64,000 nt of DNA, taken from IMG/VR virus record IMGVR_UViG_3300006143_000333, positions 64,959 to 128,958 of that record, one strand, 5' to 3'. Source of the DNA: a virus. Lineage: Duplodnaviria; Caudoviricetes. Positions 9,667 through 19,305 of the stretch are shown one piece after another. Below the pieces are notes generated by a model. The model was given only the letters and a program-made list of their open reading frames with translations. It had not been told where the DNA came from and did not search any database. The first letter of the stretch is position 1, and each line of letters begins with the position of its first letter. The position numbers were made by a program, and so were the translations under genes.

Positions 9667-9812
9667 GGAGTCATTAGTTCATAACTGATGATTTCCATTC
9701 GAGAGATAGTTGCCTTACCAATTCTAACGACTCTCTTCAAACGGTAGGAATGGCGTTTACGACAGGTGGTAGTGAAGATCCTTCCTTGTACGAGAACAAG
9801 GGCAAACTACAC
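9667..9812 (+). ncRNA. candidate structured RNA
   Basis: Several nested hairpins in a ~170-nt intergenic gap. Confidence 0.35.
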
Positions 9813-9839
9813 TGAAATATAGAAAGGATAATTTAAAAA

Positions 9840-10091
9840 ATGAATAGAGATATAGGTGCTAAATTACCACAAACAAATTGTAGAACACCAATGCAACCTG
9901 TAAAGGAATTTGGTGAAAAAATTTGTGAGAATTGTGATAAAGAAGATGTGTGTATGTATAAAGAAGAGTGCATAAAAGCTATAAAGGATATTTTGGATAT
10001 CGAGAGTAGAACTAATGTGTTTATTAAAACACATATTGATTGTAAGAAGTGGAGTAAGAAGTCAAATATAAATGATATTGCTTACAGATAA
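9840..10091 (+). CDS. hypothetical Cys-rich protein, similar to 23557-23832
   Basis: RBS gaaagga; CxxC-x3-VCxY. Confidence 0.7.
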   Translation: MNRDIGAKLPQTNCRTPMQPVKEFGEKICENCDKEDVCMYKEECIKAIKDILDIESRTNVFIKTHIDCKKWSKKSNINDIAYR

Positions 10092-10118
10092 AATTTTCAT
10101 TTCAAAGGAAGGAGAAAT

Positions 10119-10379
10119 ATGTTTCAAAATATAGTTATTTGTGATAGATGTGGAGAAAAGGCAAATTTTTGTGGAACTTCCTATTATACAATACATATTT
10201 CTGCCCATGATATAAATCCGACTAATGACGGACGATTATATGTTGATACGGCAGTTCAGAATGTACATGAGAATATGAGTAAGATTTTTGGTAAAGAACG
10301 TCATTATTGTAAAAAGTGCAAAGAGAAAATAGAAAAATTTATGAGCGAGGTAGATGATGACAATAGAACAGAAAATTGA
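10119..10379 (+). CDS. hypothetical Zn-ribbon protein
   Basis: CDRC...CKKC; RBS aaggag. Confidence 0.75.
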   Translation: MFQNIVICDRCGEKANFCGTSYYTIHISAHDINPTNDGRLYVDTAVQNVHENMSKIFGKERHYCKKCKEKIEKFMSEVDDDNRTEN

Positions 10380-10614
10380 TTATATGATTCAGTCTTTACA
10401 GTTAGCAAAAGAAGAAATTACTTATGCAAAATGGTATACAGAAGGAAAAGAAAAAGATCGAAATTTTGATTGGTATGATCATCCTGGATATCAAAAAAGA
10501 AGTCCAAACGGAACAATAATAAGAGAATCATTAAAGATGGTAGGTAGAATGGCTAATATAATGGCAAATAGTATTTGTCTAAGCCCATATAATAAAAATT
10601 TGTATAAAGAATAA
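10354..10614 (+). CDS. hypothetical protein
   Basis: SD gaggt and open ORF. Confidence 0.7.
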   Translation: MMTIEQKIDYMIQSLQLAKEEITYAKWYTEGKEKDRNFDWYDHPGYQKRSPNGTIIRESLKMVGRMANIMANSICLSPYNKNLYKE

Positions 10615-10649
10615 ATCAACTCTTTCATTGAGAAAATAGGAGGGATGAC

Positions 10650-10895
10650 TTGATTGTTGGAGGATATGATACCGATGATTTGACAGATAGACAAAATCAT
10701 GTATTTCGTAAATTATATAACAATCCAGTAGCCAATAATAATCTATTAGCTTTGAATTTTCTATCTTATTCTGTACGTAAAAATTTTAGATGTAGAGAAT
10801 TTTATAATTATGAAGATGATTGTGATTACTTGTTAAGGATAGAAAAAGAAACATTAAGCAAATATGGAATAGATTTAAAAGAACTGTATACTTAA
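10650..10895 (+). CDS. hypothetical protein
   Basis: SD aggaggg, TTG start. Confidence 0.6.
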   Translation: MIVGGYDTDDLTDRQNHVFRKLYNNPVANNNLLALNFLSYSVRKNFRCREFYNYEDDCDYLLRIEKETLSKYGIDLKELYT

Positions 10896-10918
10896 TTAAA
10901 AGCACAAGGAGGAATCGC

Positions 10919-12206
10919 TTGAAAAGTAATATATTTATTCCCAAAACAATAAATGTAGGATATCAGAATCGTTCTGGTACATACACAGGAAAATTAGCTT
11001 ATGTAATTTATTATGATGAAAAAGGAAAGCTGCGGAAAGAAGCATCTTGGAATAGCTGGCGTGATGAAAAGATTCCAAATGAAGAATTTGATAATGTGCC
11101 AACAACTGGATTTGTATTAAATAAAAAGGTTGGTGATTATTCTTCGGGCTGGGATCATAGACAAGCATATTGTAGAGTGTATGATCCACGAAACTTTGAA
11201 TTTGAGATAACTATTGAAAATCTGTTGTATATTCTTGAAAATGCAAATTCCATCAAAGGTAAAGGGCTTGAAGGAGAATTTGTTTATGGATGGGATGGTA
11301 AAGACTTGGTGTTAATGCCGGTAGAGTCTCCTGATTATAAACAGATCACAGAATATAACAAAATTGTTCATAATAATGAGAGTATTAAAGCAAAAAGATT
11401 TGATTGTAGGAGCTACATATCTAACCAAAAACAATGAAGAAAGAATTTATTTGGGCAAATTTGATTATTACTCATATGGTTATAGGTGGTTAGAAGACGG
11501 AGAATATAAAACTAGTAAAAATTCAGATGATATACCGACAGAAAGTGGTAGTGGTTCTGGTTGGTATAGACATAAAATTTCGTATGATAGTATTGATTAT
11601 TTATATGGAAAATATTTTTGGTTTGCTTATAAATATTATGATTATGATTACGTTAATGGAGAAAAAGTTTATAGAGATAAATATGAATGGCATTTTGAGC
11701 AATATAAGAGTATATCAGCAAACAAATTTATTACTTGTGTTGATAATAAATGCACACAGGATTATTCAGATATTTATGAGTCTATGATCCGTACCAATCA
11801 TTTTTCACCTAGAGACTTTGATAATTTAAAATATATTCCATATTCTTTTGAAGAATTTAAAGAATATGCAGAGAAAACAGAAGATAGATACAATCGAGGT
11901 ATTTTTTGTAGATATAATACGAACTATTTCTCTGATAGTTATTGTAAATATGAAATTTCCTGTGATGATGAAACAAATTTATGGACAGTTAAACAATCTT
12001 ATTATGAGAATGATGATGATTTTTATGGCAGGTTTATTTTTAAAGATGAAGAGGTCAATAATTATTGGGGAAGTAGGAAAATTATAAAAAAGATTATTCC
12101 GATGACAATAGAAGAATTATATGAGAGGTTAAAACCTTGCTATAAAGAAATTTATTTACGGAATGGTAAATTATTTGGAAGGGAGTGCTACTATGGCAAC
12201 AAATAA
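10919..12206 (+). pseudogene. phage hypothetical gene split by a +1 frameshift at ~11392-11396
   Basis: Removing one A from gcaaaaagat joins the two ORFs as ESIKAKDLIVG. Confidence 0.65.
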
Positions 12207-12597
12207 TGATGAAAGAGTTTTACAACTAAAACAGGTTATTGATAAGAAGAAAACAGAACTAAAAGGATCAAAGAAGTTCACGCCACTTACAAATTGTGTC
12301 CTAGATTTAGAAGGGCAGAGATACAATTTGAATGTTCTCCAGTTTGATGATTTGCAGTTGTTGCTTGTTAGATTGAATATGTATTTAATGTCTGTTAAAG
12401 ATCTGGGAATCAGTTTGGAAGTTTCGGGGTATAACATTGTAGAATGGATTACGGATATCAAATGTAAGATTGAGATTTTCGAGTATAAGAAGAAAGAAGC
12501 AGAGCTGAAGGCATTAGAAACTAAATTGGACAAGATGTTATCTGATGAAAAGAAGACTGAATTGGAACTGGATGAGATTGCTGCATTATTGAATTAG
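12193..12597 (+). CDS. hypothetical coiled-coil protein
   Basis: SD gggag; overlaps upstream gene end. Confidence 0.75.
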   Translation: MATNNDERVLQLKQVIDKKKTELKGSKKFTPLTNCVLDLEGQRYNLNVLQFDDLQLLLVRLNMYLMSVKDLGISLEVSGYNIVEWITDIKCKIEIFEYKKKEAELKALETKLDKMLSDEKKTELELDEIAALLN

Positions 12598-12634
12598 TCT
12601 TGAAATTTTGCTTTCATTGAGTCAGGGGGAAGAT

Positions 12635-12907
12635 GTGGAAGAATTAGAAAAAATATTAAAACAGATGGCGAATCAACCAATACAGGTGCTTAAAGAGCCA
12701 GAAATTTATTACATAGTAAGTATCAAGGAAAGATATATTTATGACTTACATTTAACCACAATTACTAAAGAATTTTGTGGACGAATAGAGAATCAAACAA
12801 GCACAAGCATTTATTTTAGACTTAATGGAAGTGATGCTTTAGTAATAATTCCTCATAACTGGATTGAGTGGATGGCACCAGCAAAAGAACTATGGCAAGC
12901 AATATAA
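12635..12907 (+). CDS. hypothetical protein
   Basis: ggggga, then GTG. Confidence 0.6.
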   Translation: MEELEKILKQMANQPIQVLKEPEIYYIVSIKERYIYDLHLTTITKEFCGRIENQTSTSIYFRLNGSDALVIIPHNWIEWMAPAKELWQAI

Positions 12908-12935
12908 AAATAAATTATAAAGGAGAAAGAAATTT

Positions 12936-13487
12936 ATGAACAAGAAAACAAATTGGAAGTTACCGTTAATCATTGGAGCAGGTATTGTTGCTGTTATTTT
13001 ACTTTGTGTATTTGGTGTACAGAGTTCCCAGAACAGGGCGTTTGCTTTGGAGGAACAGGTAAACACAGCACAGTCGGATATCAAAGTTCAGGAGAAACGA
13101 AGAGTAGATTTAGTGTACAACCTTGCAGATTGTGTAAAGCAGTATGACAAACATGAGTCTGAAACTCTTACAGCCATTGCAGAGGGGCGTGGATCAGCAG
13201 GTGATATTGAAAATGTAACGACAGCTATTACAGCGGTTTCAGAAGCATATCCTGAGTTAAAGTCTAATGAAAACTATAAGCAGCTTATGAATGAACTGGC
13301 GATGACTGAAAACTTAATTGCAGAATATAGAAGTAATTATAATAAACAGGTCAAGGAATATAACAGATATGTAAAGGCATTTCCTACTAGAGTTTTTCTA
13401 AATATTCTCGGATATGAAAAGCAGAATTATACATATTTGGATTATGACGCACCTTCTGACGCACCACAAAATTTGTTTGGAGATTAA
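12936..13487 (+). CDS. LemA-family protein
   Basis: N-terminal TM, RRVDLVYNL, EAYPELKSNENY, YNRYVKAFP. Confidence 0.9.
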   Translation: MNKKTNWKLPLIIGAGIVAVILLCVFGVQSSQNRAFALEEQVNTAQSDIKVQEKRRVDLVYNLADCVKQYDKHESETLTAIAEGRGSAGDIENVTTAITAVSEAYPELKSNENYKQLMNELAMTENLIAEYRSNYNKQVKEYNRYVKAFPTRVFLNILGYEKQNYTYLDYDAPSDAPQNLFGD

Positions 13488-13489
13488 AT

Positions 13490-14236
13490 ATGAGTAGATA
13501 CAGTTATAGGAATCGTGGATTTGATTTTGGAGACTTTGAAATCACCAAGAGAGAAATTTTAGCAAGTATTTCTATTATAGCTGTAATGTTGCTTATTGGT
13601 GTTCTGATTTCTGGCAAGATTTCAGAACACCAGCTAGATGCAAATGAAGTCTATAACAAGGCAGTGAAAATAGATAATATAGATTTGTTTCAGTATGGCA
13701 TGGACACAAATGTAGGTAATGCGTTTGTATATGGTGATTTAGTGGCAGTTGACACAGTTACTTATCCTGAAATTGGCGGAGAGTATATGTATATTGAAAA
13801 AGTGAAGGAGAAATATACAAGACATACTCGAAGAGTGAAATCAGGGAAAACATATCATACACAAGTTTATTGGACGTGGGATAGAGTAGGTAGCGAAGAT
13901 AGAAAGTGTCAGGAAATTTCTTTTTGTGGAATTGCTTTTAATAGTAATAAGATTGATTTACCAAGCACAGATTATATAGACACTATCAAAGAATCAAGTC
14001 ATATCAGATATAAATATTATGGTGTTGGAACAAAATATACAGGAACCATATTTACAGATTTGAGAGATCAGACTATTTCAGATAATACTCAATTTTACAA
14101 TAACAAAAATATAGAAGAAACAGTTAAGCAGTTAGAATCTGGTGGTGGAGTGATTATATTCTGGATATTTTGGATTCTGTTGACTGGTGGTTGTGTGTTT
14201 GGATTTTATTATGCAGAGAATAAGTGGTTAGAGTAA
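13490..14236 (+). CDS. membrane protein (N- and C-terminal TM), coupled to LemA
   Basis: Two hydrophobic segments; 2-nt gap after LemA. Confidence 0.75.
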   Translation: MSRYSYRNRGFDFGDFEITKREILASISIIAVMLLIGVLISGKISEHQLDANEVYNKAVKIDNIDLFQYGMDTNVGNAFVYGDLVAVDTVTYPEIGGEYMYIEKVKEKYTRHTRRVKSGKTYHTQVYWTWDRVGSEDRKCQEISFCGIAFNSNKIDLPSTDYIDTIKESSHIRYKYYGVGTKYTGTIFTDLRDQTISDNTQFYNNKNIEETVKQLESGGGVIIFWIFWILLTGGCVFGFYYAENKWLE

Positions 14237-14278
14237 GGACTTAAAACCAGAGTTTCAAGGGAGATGGAGGTGATATAA

Positions 14279-15073
14279 GTGCTGTTTTGGCTTCAAAAAG
14301 AGTTAAATAATAAAATTGATATTGATACTACAATCCTACAGGAAGAACTTGATAAGCAAAAAATTAATCATTTGTATGATATTGGAACCATGAAAGATTA
14401 TGAGTGTATTTTGAATACAGATATGATTGAGAAAGAAAATTTGGAGAAAGTAATCCCTGTAGGTAGTCTTGATTTTGTACAAATGATTCTTTCTAGGATA
14501 CATAATGTCAATAATATGAATCCAATAGAAGTTCCAGATGTTCTTAGAGAAGATAGATTCTTGAAACGTAAATATTCCATTGTGCCTAAAAATAAACTTC
14601 CAAAGGAAGGATATTATTTCACAAAATATGTTTCAAAACTGAAAGTATTTAGCCATACAGGAATGATAGAGACTCTGCAATATACAGACGATGGTAAGGA
14701 ACCATTTCTGAAAGAAGGATTATATCAAGTATCAGAAGTGGTGGATATTTTATCTGAATATCGTTGCTTTGTACAGAATGATAAGTTGGTTGCTATAAAT
14801 TATTATGATGGAGATTGTACTGTATTCCCAGATGTCTCAGATATAAAAACTATGATTGGCAATTATATGAGAGATCAAGATAGACCAAAAGCATATACAA
14901 TGGATATTGCTGTAATTCGTAATAGTGGTACTGCAATTTTAGAAGTGCATCCGTGGGTAAGCGTTGGATTATATGGGTATATGTTTGGTGGTTCTCTTCC
15001 ATATTACTACAAAGATGGATTTGAATATTATATCAATTCTAATAAAGAAATAAAAGAATGGAGTAATTTTTAA
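14279..15073 (+). CDS. ATP-grasp domain protein (DUF4343/R2K-like)
   Basis: PVGSLDFV, SEYRCFV, YTMDIAV, ILEVH..SVGLYG. Confidence 0.75.
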   Translation: MLFWLQKELNNKIDIDTTILQEELDKQKINHLYDIGTMKDYECILNTDMIEKENLEKVIPVGSLDFVQMILSRIHNVNNMNPIEVPDVLREDRFLKRKYSIVPKNKLPKEGYYFTKYVSKLKVFSHTGMIETLQYTDDGKEPFLKEGLYQVSEVVDILSEYRCFVQNDKLVAINYYDGDCTVFPDVSDIKTMIGNYMRDQDRPKAYTMDIAVIRNSGTAILEVHPWVSVGLYGYMFGGSLPYYYKDGFEYYINSNKEIKEWSNF

Positions 15074-15085
15074 AGGATAGTAGAG

Positions 15086-15391
15086 GTGATTTTTATGAGT
15101 GAATATGTAGAATTACCAAAAGGTTATAACTTTGATACGGTATTTGATACTTATATTTTGGCGTTTTGTCCAGATACAGATTCATGGTTCGCTACTAATC
15201 AAAGGTTTTTCTATTATGAATACCAAAAGGAATTTAAAAGCGAATCTGAAGCAATAGAGTATTTTAAAAATAATCCAAATATATTTTTAGAACAAGAAGA
15301 AAGAATGAAAGTATATCGTCCAACCTTTTATGCTGAAGGAGTATATTTGGATAATACAAAAGAACTCATAAAAGTATCAATGAAAGGTTAA
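15086..15391 (+). CDS. hypothetical protein
   Basis: Open ORF with SD gaggtg; true start may be ATG at 15095. Confidence 0.7.
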   Translation: MIFMSEYVELPKGYNFDTVFDTYILAFCPDTDSWFATNQRFFYYEYQKEFKSESEAIEYFKNNPNIFLEQEERMKVYRPTFYAEGVYLDNTKELIKVSMKG

Positions 15392-15450
15392 TTTCATGGA
15401 ATAAAAATAGAAGAAATATGATGTGATAGTTGCAAATATCACAAATAAAA

Positions 15451-15500
15451 TTAGGAGGAAACGAGATTTGACTGGTCGATAAATGTACATTTGCTCCTAA
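15451..15500 (+). promoter_or_regulatory. Leader element E3 (SD/anti-SD stem enclosing GACTGGTC and ATGTACAT)
   Basis: ttaggag...ctcctaa stem; aligns with E2. Confidence 0.7.
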
Positions 15501-15507
15501 AAAGTAA

Positions 15508-16509
15508 TTGACAGACAATAAACATACACCAGAAGATTTAAAACGTCTTCAATTATATGATTTGGGTAACAAGATACAAATTTCTATTGCCAGAATCATG
15601 GAATGGTATAACAGAAACGATAAAAAATGTTATGTATCGTTTTCAGGTGGAAAAGATAGTACAGTTTTAGCATGGTTAGCAGCACAAGTTTGTAAATTGT
15701 TTGATTGTAAATTAATATTATGGTTTTCTGATACTGGTCTTGAATTTCCAGAATTGAGGGAACATGTAAAAACATATTCGGAGTGGTTGAAATTAACCTT
15801 TTCGATAGAAGTTGAAACTATAATGGACACTCCCAAAGATAAAAATGGAAAGAGAATAATATTTAAAGATGTGATTTTGAATGAAGGCTATCCAATTCTC
15901 AGTAAAAATATTAGCAGACAGATAGGAGATGTTCAAAGACTTGGACAGGATTGTTGGGCTGCAAGATGTTTTGATGGTAGAGAAACTGGAATGTATGATA
16001 TGAGAAGATGGAAATATGTATTGTCAGCTCCGTATAAAGTATCAAATAAGTGTTGTGAAATAATGAAGAAAAGACCAGCACATAGATTTACAAAATTATC
16101 TGGGTTAATGCCAATTATAGGAACAATGGCTTGTGAAAGTCGGCAGAGAAAAACAGAGTGGTTACATAATGGTTGTAATGCTTTTAATAAGAAAAATCCA
16201 AGTAGTCAGCCTATGAGTTTCTGGACAGAACAGGACGTACTGGAATGTCTTGTGAAATATGAAATTCCATATTCTTCAGTTTATGGTGAAATTAAGAAAA
16301 ATGAAAAAGGAGAATGGTACACGACAGGATATAACAGAACGGGTTGTATGTTTTGTGGATACGGTTGTCATTTAGAAAAAGAACCAAATAGATTTCAGAT
16401 GTTAAAAAATACTCATCCTAAAGTTTGGGATTATTGTATGAAATCAGTTGAAGATGGAGGATTGGGTATGAGAGAAGTTTTAGAGTATATAGGCGTCAAA
16501 GTAGAATAA
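15508..16509 (+). CDS. PAPS-reductase-family (PP-loop) protein
   Basis: SFSGGKDS, DTGLEFPE, KCC..MKK and RTGCMFC motifs. Confidence 0.9.
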   Translation: MTDNKHTPEDLKRLQLYDLGNKIQISIARIMEWYNRNDKKCYVSFSGGKDSTVLAWLAAQVCKLFDCKLILWFSDTGLEFPELREHVKTYSEWLKLTFSIEVETIMDTPKDKNGKRIIFKDVILNEGYPILSKNISRQIGDVQRLGQDCWAARCFDGRETGMYDMRRWKYVLSAPYKVSNKCCEIMKKRPAHRFTKLSGLMPIIGTMACESRQRKTEWLHNGCNAFNKKNPSSQPMSFWTEQDVLECLVKYEIPYSSVYGEIKKNEKGEWYTTGYNRTGCMFCGYGCHLEKEPNRFQMLKNTHPKVWDYCMKSVEDGGLGMREVLEYIGVKVE

Positions 16510-16553
16510 AATGGACTTAAAATCTTGGTTTCAAGTGGTGGGAGGGAAAGAGT

Positions 16554-16745
16554 ATGGTAAAACATTTTTGCGATATGTGTAAAAAAGATTCAAAAACAAG
16601 TTTGGTAAATCTTCCTTCATTAGAACAACATGGAACAGATAATGATGGATATCCAGTTTTTAAAAAGATAATAAGAGGTTTTGATATTTGTGATAATTGT
16701 TTAAATGAAATGTCAAAGAATTTTTATGAAAAATTGAAATGGTAG
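16554..16745 (+). CDS. hypothetical Zn-ribbon protein
   Basis: CDMC...CDNC. Confidence 0.7.
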   Translation: MVKHFCDMCKKDSKTSLVNLPSLEQHGTDNDGYPVFKKIIRGFDICDNCLNEMSKNFYEKLKW

Positions 16746-16758
16746 AGGAGGTAGGAAC

Positions 16759-17451
16759 ATTAAAAAATTAGTAGACCACATAAAAGAATCAGAACATTAT
16801 ATAAAAGAGTTTGCAACATGGGAAGCATCTGAGCAGATTATAGATGATAACAAATCATTTTGGATGTTAAGAAAGCCAGGAAGCCAATATCAGAAAGTTT
16901 GTCTTTATCGTGATGGTTGCAATATGTTTGTATATGGAGATTATGGACAATTCACATTCGACAACATGACTTGGACAGGCAGTGTTTATAATCTGGAATA
17001 TGATAACATCAGATATCAGATGGAGAAGTTAAACCATGAGAGCAAAGAATCTTTAAGAGTTTTTGATGAAGATAAATGCGTAAAGGATATTTATGATTGG
17101 TTAAAAGAACATCTTGAAGATTTATATGATGCTGAAGAAGATATTATCAAGAAGATTATCAAATTATTCAAAGAAAGTATATATGTGTATGATTCGAATA
17201 TAGATGATTTTTGTTATGAAAACAATATGGAAGAATTGAAAGATATACTTTACTTTACAAGAAACGCTTTAGAAAATGCTGATGAATATAATTGGAATGT
17301 TTTCTTGAGAAATAGTAATATAGAAGATTTTGATGATCCATGTGAGAGTTACTTATGGAATGCTGGCAAATGTATTCATCAAAGATATTTTATCTGTATG
17401 TATGCGTTGCAGGTTTGTGGTGAGAAGCTAAAAGATAGGAGTGATAAGTAA
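16759..17451 (+). CDS. hypothetical protein, probable ATT start
   Basis: SD ggaggt, then in-frame ATT 35 codons upstream of the track start. Confidence 0.65.
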   Translation: MKKLVDHIKESEHYIKEFATWEASEQIIDDNKSFWMLRKPGSQYQKVCLYRDGCNMFVYGDYGQFTFDNMTWTGSVYNLEYDNIRYQMEKLNHESKESLRVFDEDKCVKDIYDWLKEHLEDLYDAEEDIIKKIIKLFKESIYVYDSNIDDFCYENNMEELKDILYFTRNALENADEYNWNVFLRNSNIEDFDDPCESYLWNAGKCIHQRYFICMYALQVCGEKLKDRSDK

Positions 17452-18197
17452 TCAGTACAGTTAAGGATTTGTTTTTGGTAATTGAAGAAAAAATAAAAAT
17501 GGAAGAAAAAATAAAAGAGATTGTAAACAAACTGAAATTACAGGCAAAAAACTTGAAAGTCTCAGATTTAAGTGATTTCAGTTATGAGGAATGTAGAAAT
17601 TTATATAAGCAGATTCAATATTATATTGATGATGAAAATTTGCGAAATCAACTATCTACAATTGTTGAGAAGAAAAAGATTGAAAAATATCCAGAATTAC
17701 TGAAACCTACATATTATCCAGAAATTGATTCATTAGAGATTTCCGATTCAGAGAAGATTAGATTAGACAAAGCTGCACGATGGAATGTTAGAAATTATAT
17801 GAATGAAAATAATATCAAAAAAATGACATATCCACTATCTATTGACGATTTGGAAATGCTAAAAAGTATTGGTATTGTTGAGAAGAAATATAATTTCAGA
17901 TGCGAAAGCTGTGGAAGTTCATGTGATGTGATTTCAGAAAGTGATTTGGAAAAGTATAAAAGATTTTGGGAACTTTTTGAGCTTGAAAAACAGAAGATAA
18001 TTACGGATGAGCAATTAGATGAATTAGATCAGTTAGAAAAAGATGGATTTTATGAGATTTACTTATGCTGCTTGGATGAAGACGAGTGTGATGATGCTGA
18101 AATAACAAATGAAAAAGAATTATCTGATTACATGAGAAATGTAGAAGTAGTTTATAAGGTGGTAAAGAATCCAGATTTGACTTATGAGAAATTATAG
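17451..18197 (+). CDS. hypothetical protein (CxxC), possible ATC start
   Basis: SD aggagtg, then in-frame ATC. Confidence 0.65.
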   Translation: MSTVKDLFLVIEEKIKMEEKIKEIVNKLKLQAKNLKVSDLSDFSYEECRNLYKQIQYYIDDENLRNQLSTIVEKKKIEKYPELLKPTYYPEIDSLEISDSEKIRLDKAARWNVRNYMNENNIKKMTYPLSIDDLEMLKSIGIVEKKYNFRCESCGSSCDVISESDLEKYKRFWELFELEKQKIITDEQLDELDQLEKDGFYEIYLCCLDEDECDDAEITNEKELSDYMRNVEVVYKVVKNPDLTYEKL

Positions 18198-18215
18198 AAA
18201 AGGAGAATAAAAAGT

Positions 18216-18467
18216 ATGCCAAACGAATTAAGAGATACAATTGAAATGATGAACAGTGAAAATTATAAGGAGAGATTCAAAGCTGAATATTATCAGGTGG
18301 TGATTCGCTATCAGAAATTAAAGTCAATGCTTGATAAGTGGGATAACGATCAGCTTGAATTTACACCTACCTGTCCACGAAGTACATATAATATGCAGAT
18401 TGTAGCAATGATAGATTATATTGCGGTTCTGGAGGCGAGGGCAGTTATGGAAGGTGTGGAACTATAG
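18216..18467 (+). CDS. crAss001_48-like conserved phage protein
   Basis: YKERFKAEYYQ..RY.KL...FTPTCP...LEARA pattern. Confidence 0.75.
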   Translation: MPNELRDTIEMMNSENYKERFKAEYYQVVIRYQKLKSMLDKWDNDQLEFTPTCPRSTYNMQIVAMIDYIAVLEARAVMEGVEL

Positions 18468-18477
18468 AAAGTAAAAT

Positions 18478-18587
18478 AGTTTTGGTTTATGAAGCAGACC
18501 TCATAATTAAATGAATGAAATTTAAGGCACAGTGTAGTCAGGTATTCTCCAGGGAGAAGAAATCCACGAGTTCATTCAGCCAAAACT
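18478..18587 (+). ncRNA. candidate structured leader RNA
   Basis: agttttggt/gccaaaact and tgaatgaa/ttcattca nested stems. Confidence 0.3.
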
Positions 18588-18612
18588 TAATTAAAAAGGA
18601 GAACTAATATAT

Positions 18613-18810
18613 ATGGCGTTAACAAAGAAACAAGAAAAACAGTTAAATGGTGAAATCAAAAAGACTTTGGATGAAGTTAGATTTCAGGGATTAAAAGCAG
18701 GTGCTGCAGGTATTCTTGGAGCAGTTCTGGATATGTGTAACACAGGTAAAACGGTTGATGATATTAAAAATTTCTGTGAGAAGTCTTTGGGTATGGATGG
18801 GATGAAATAA
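18613..18810 (+). CDS. hypothetical protein
   Basis: RBS aaggag. Confidence 0.7.
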   Translation: MALTKKQEKQLNGEIKKTLDEVRFQGLKAGAAGILGAVLDMCNTGKTVDDIKNFCEKSLGMDGMK

Positions 18811-18823
18811 ATGGAGGTATCTA

Positions 18824-19114
18824 TTGGAGAGATATTTTAAAATTAAATTTTTTGTAGAGTTTGGAGTACCAGTATTTTTATTTGCTTTATGTGTCTTAAT
18901 AATGTTGATTTGTATAATTGTAGGAATTATAGAATCACATAAAGAGAATAAGATTAAAAGGTATATGTTAGCAAATGGATATGAACATTATCTGAGAGAT
19001 GTTGCTTCTGTTGGAGGAAAATGCTGGTACGCATTTAGAAAAGATAATATTAGAATTGACGAAGAAAAATTATATAAAATGTCATTTAGGCAGGTAAAGA
19101 AAAATTACAAGTGA
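18824..19114 (+). CDS. hypothetical membrane protein
   Basis: SD ggaggt; N-terminal TM. Confidence 0.7.
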   Translation: MERYFKIKFFVEFGVPVFLFALCVLIMLICIIVGIIESHKENKIKRYMLANGYEHYLRDVASVGGKCWYAFRKDNIRIDEEKLYKMSFRQVKKNYK

Positions 19115-19121
19115 GGTATAT

Positions 19122-19301
19122 ATGAAGGTAAAATTTTTAGATAATGTAGATATCAGTGGCAAAATCAATATTAATAAAGGTGAAACTTTTGAAGCTAGAG
19201 AAGATGGAGATTTTATCATGATTCGCATGAAAGATGATAGCACAGTTAAAGCACCGAAATCTGAAATCGAAGGAATTTTGGAAATTGTGGAAGGAGAATA
19301 A
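19122..19301 (+). CDS. 59-aa hypothetical protein, absent from ORF track
   Basis: SD gaggt, then ATG AAG GTA; fills the gap. Confidence 0.65.
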   Translation: MKVKFLDNVDISGKININKGETFEAREDGDFIMIRMKDDSTVKAPKSEIEGILEIVEGE

Positions 19302-19305
19302 ATAA

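Noticed and set aside
9685-9691. CTGATGA as a hammerhead ribozyme core
   Set aside because: It lies inside a hairpin stem and I found no correctly placed stem II-GAAA
15422-15432. tgtgatagttg shared with 58628-58638 near int
   Set aside because: A single 11-nt match in AT-rich DNA is too weak to call an att or operator site
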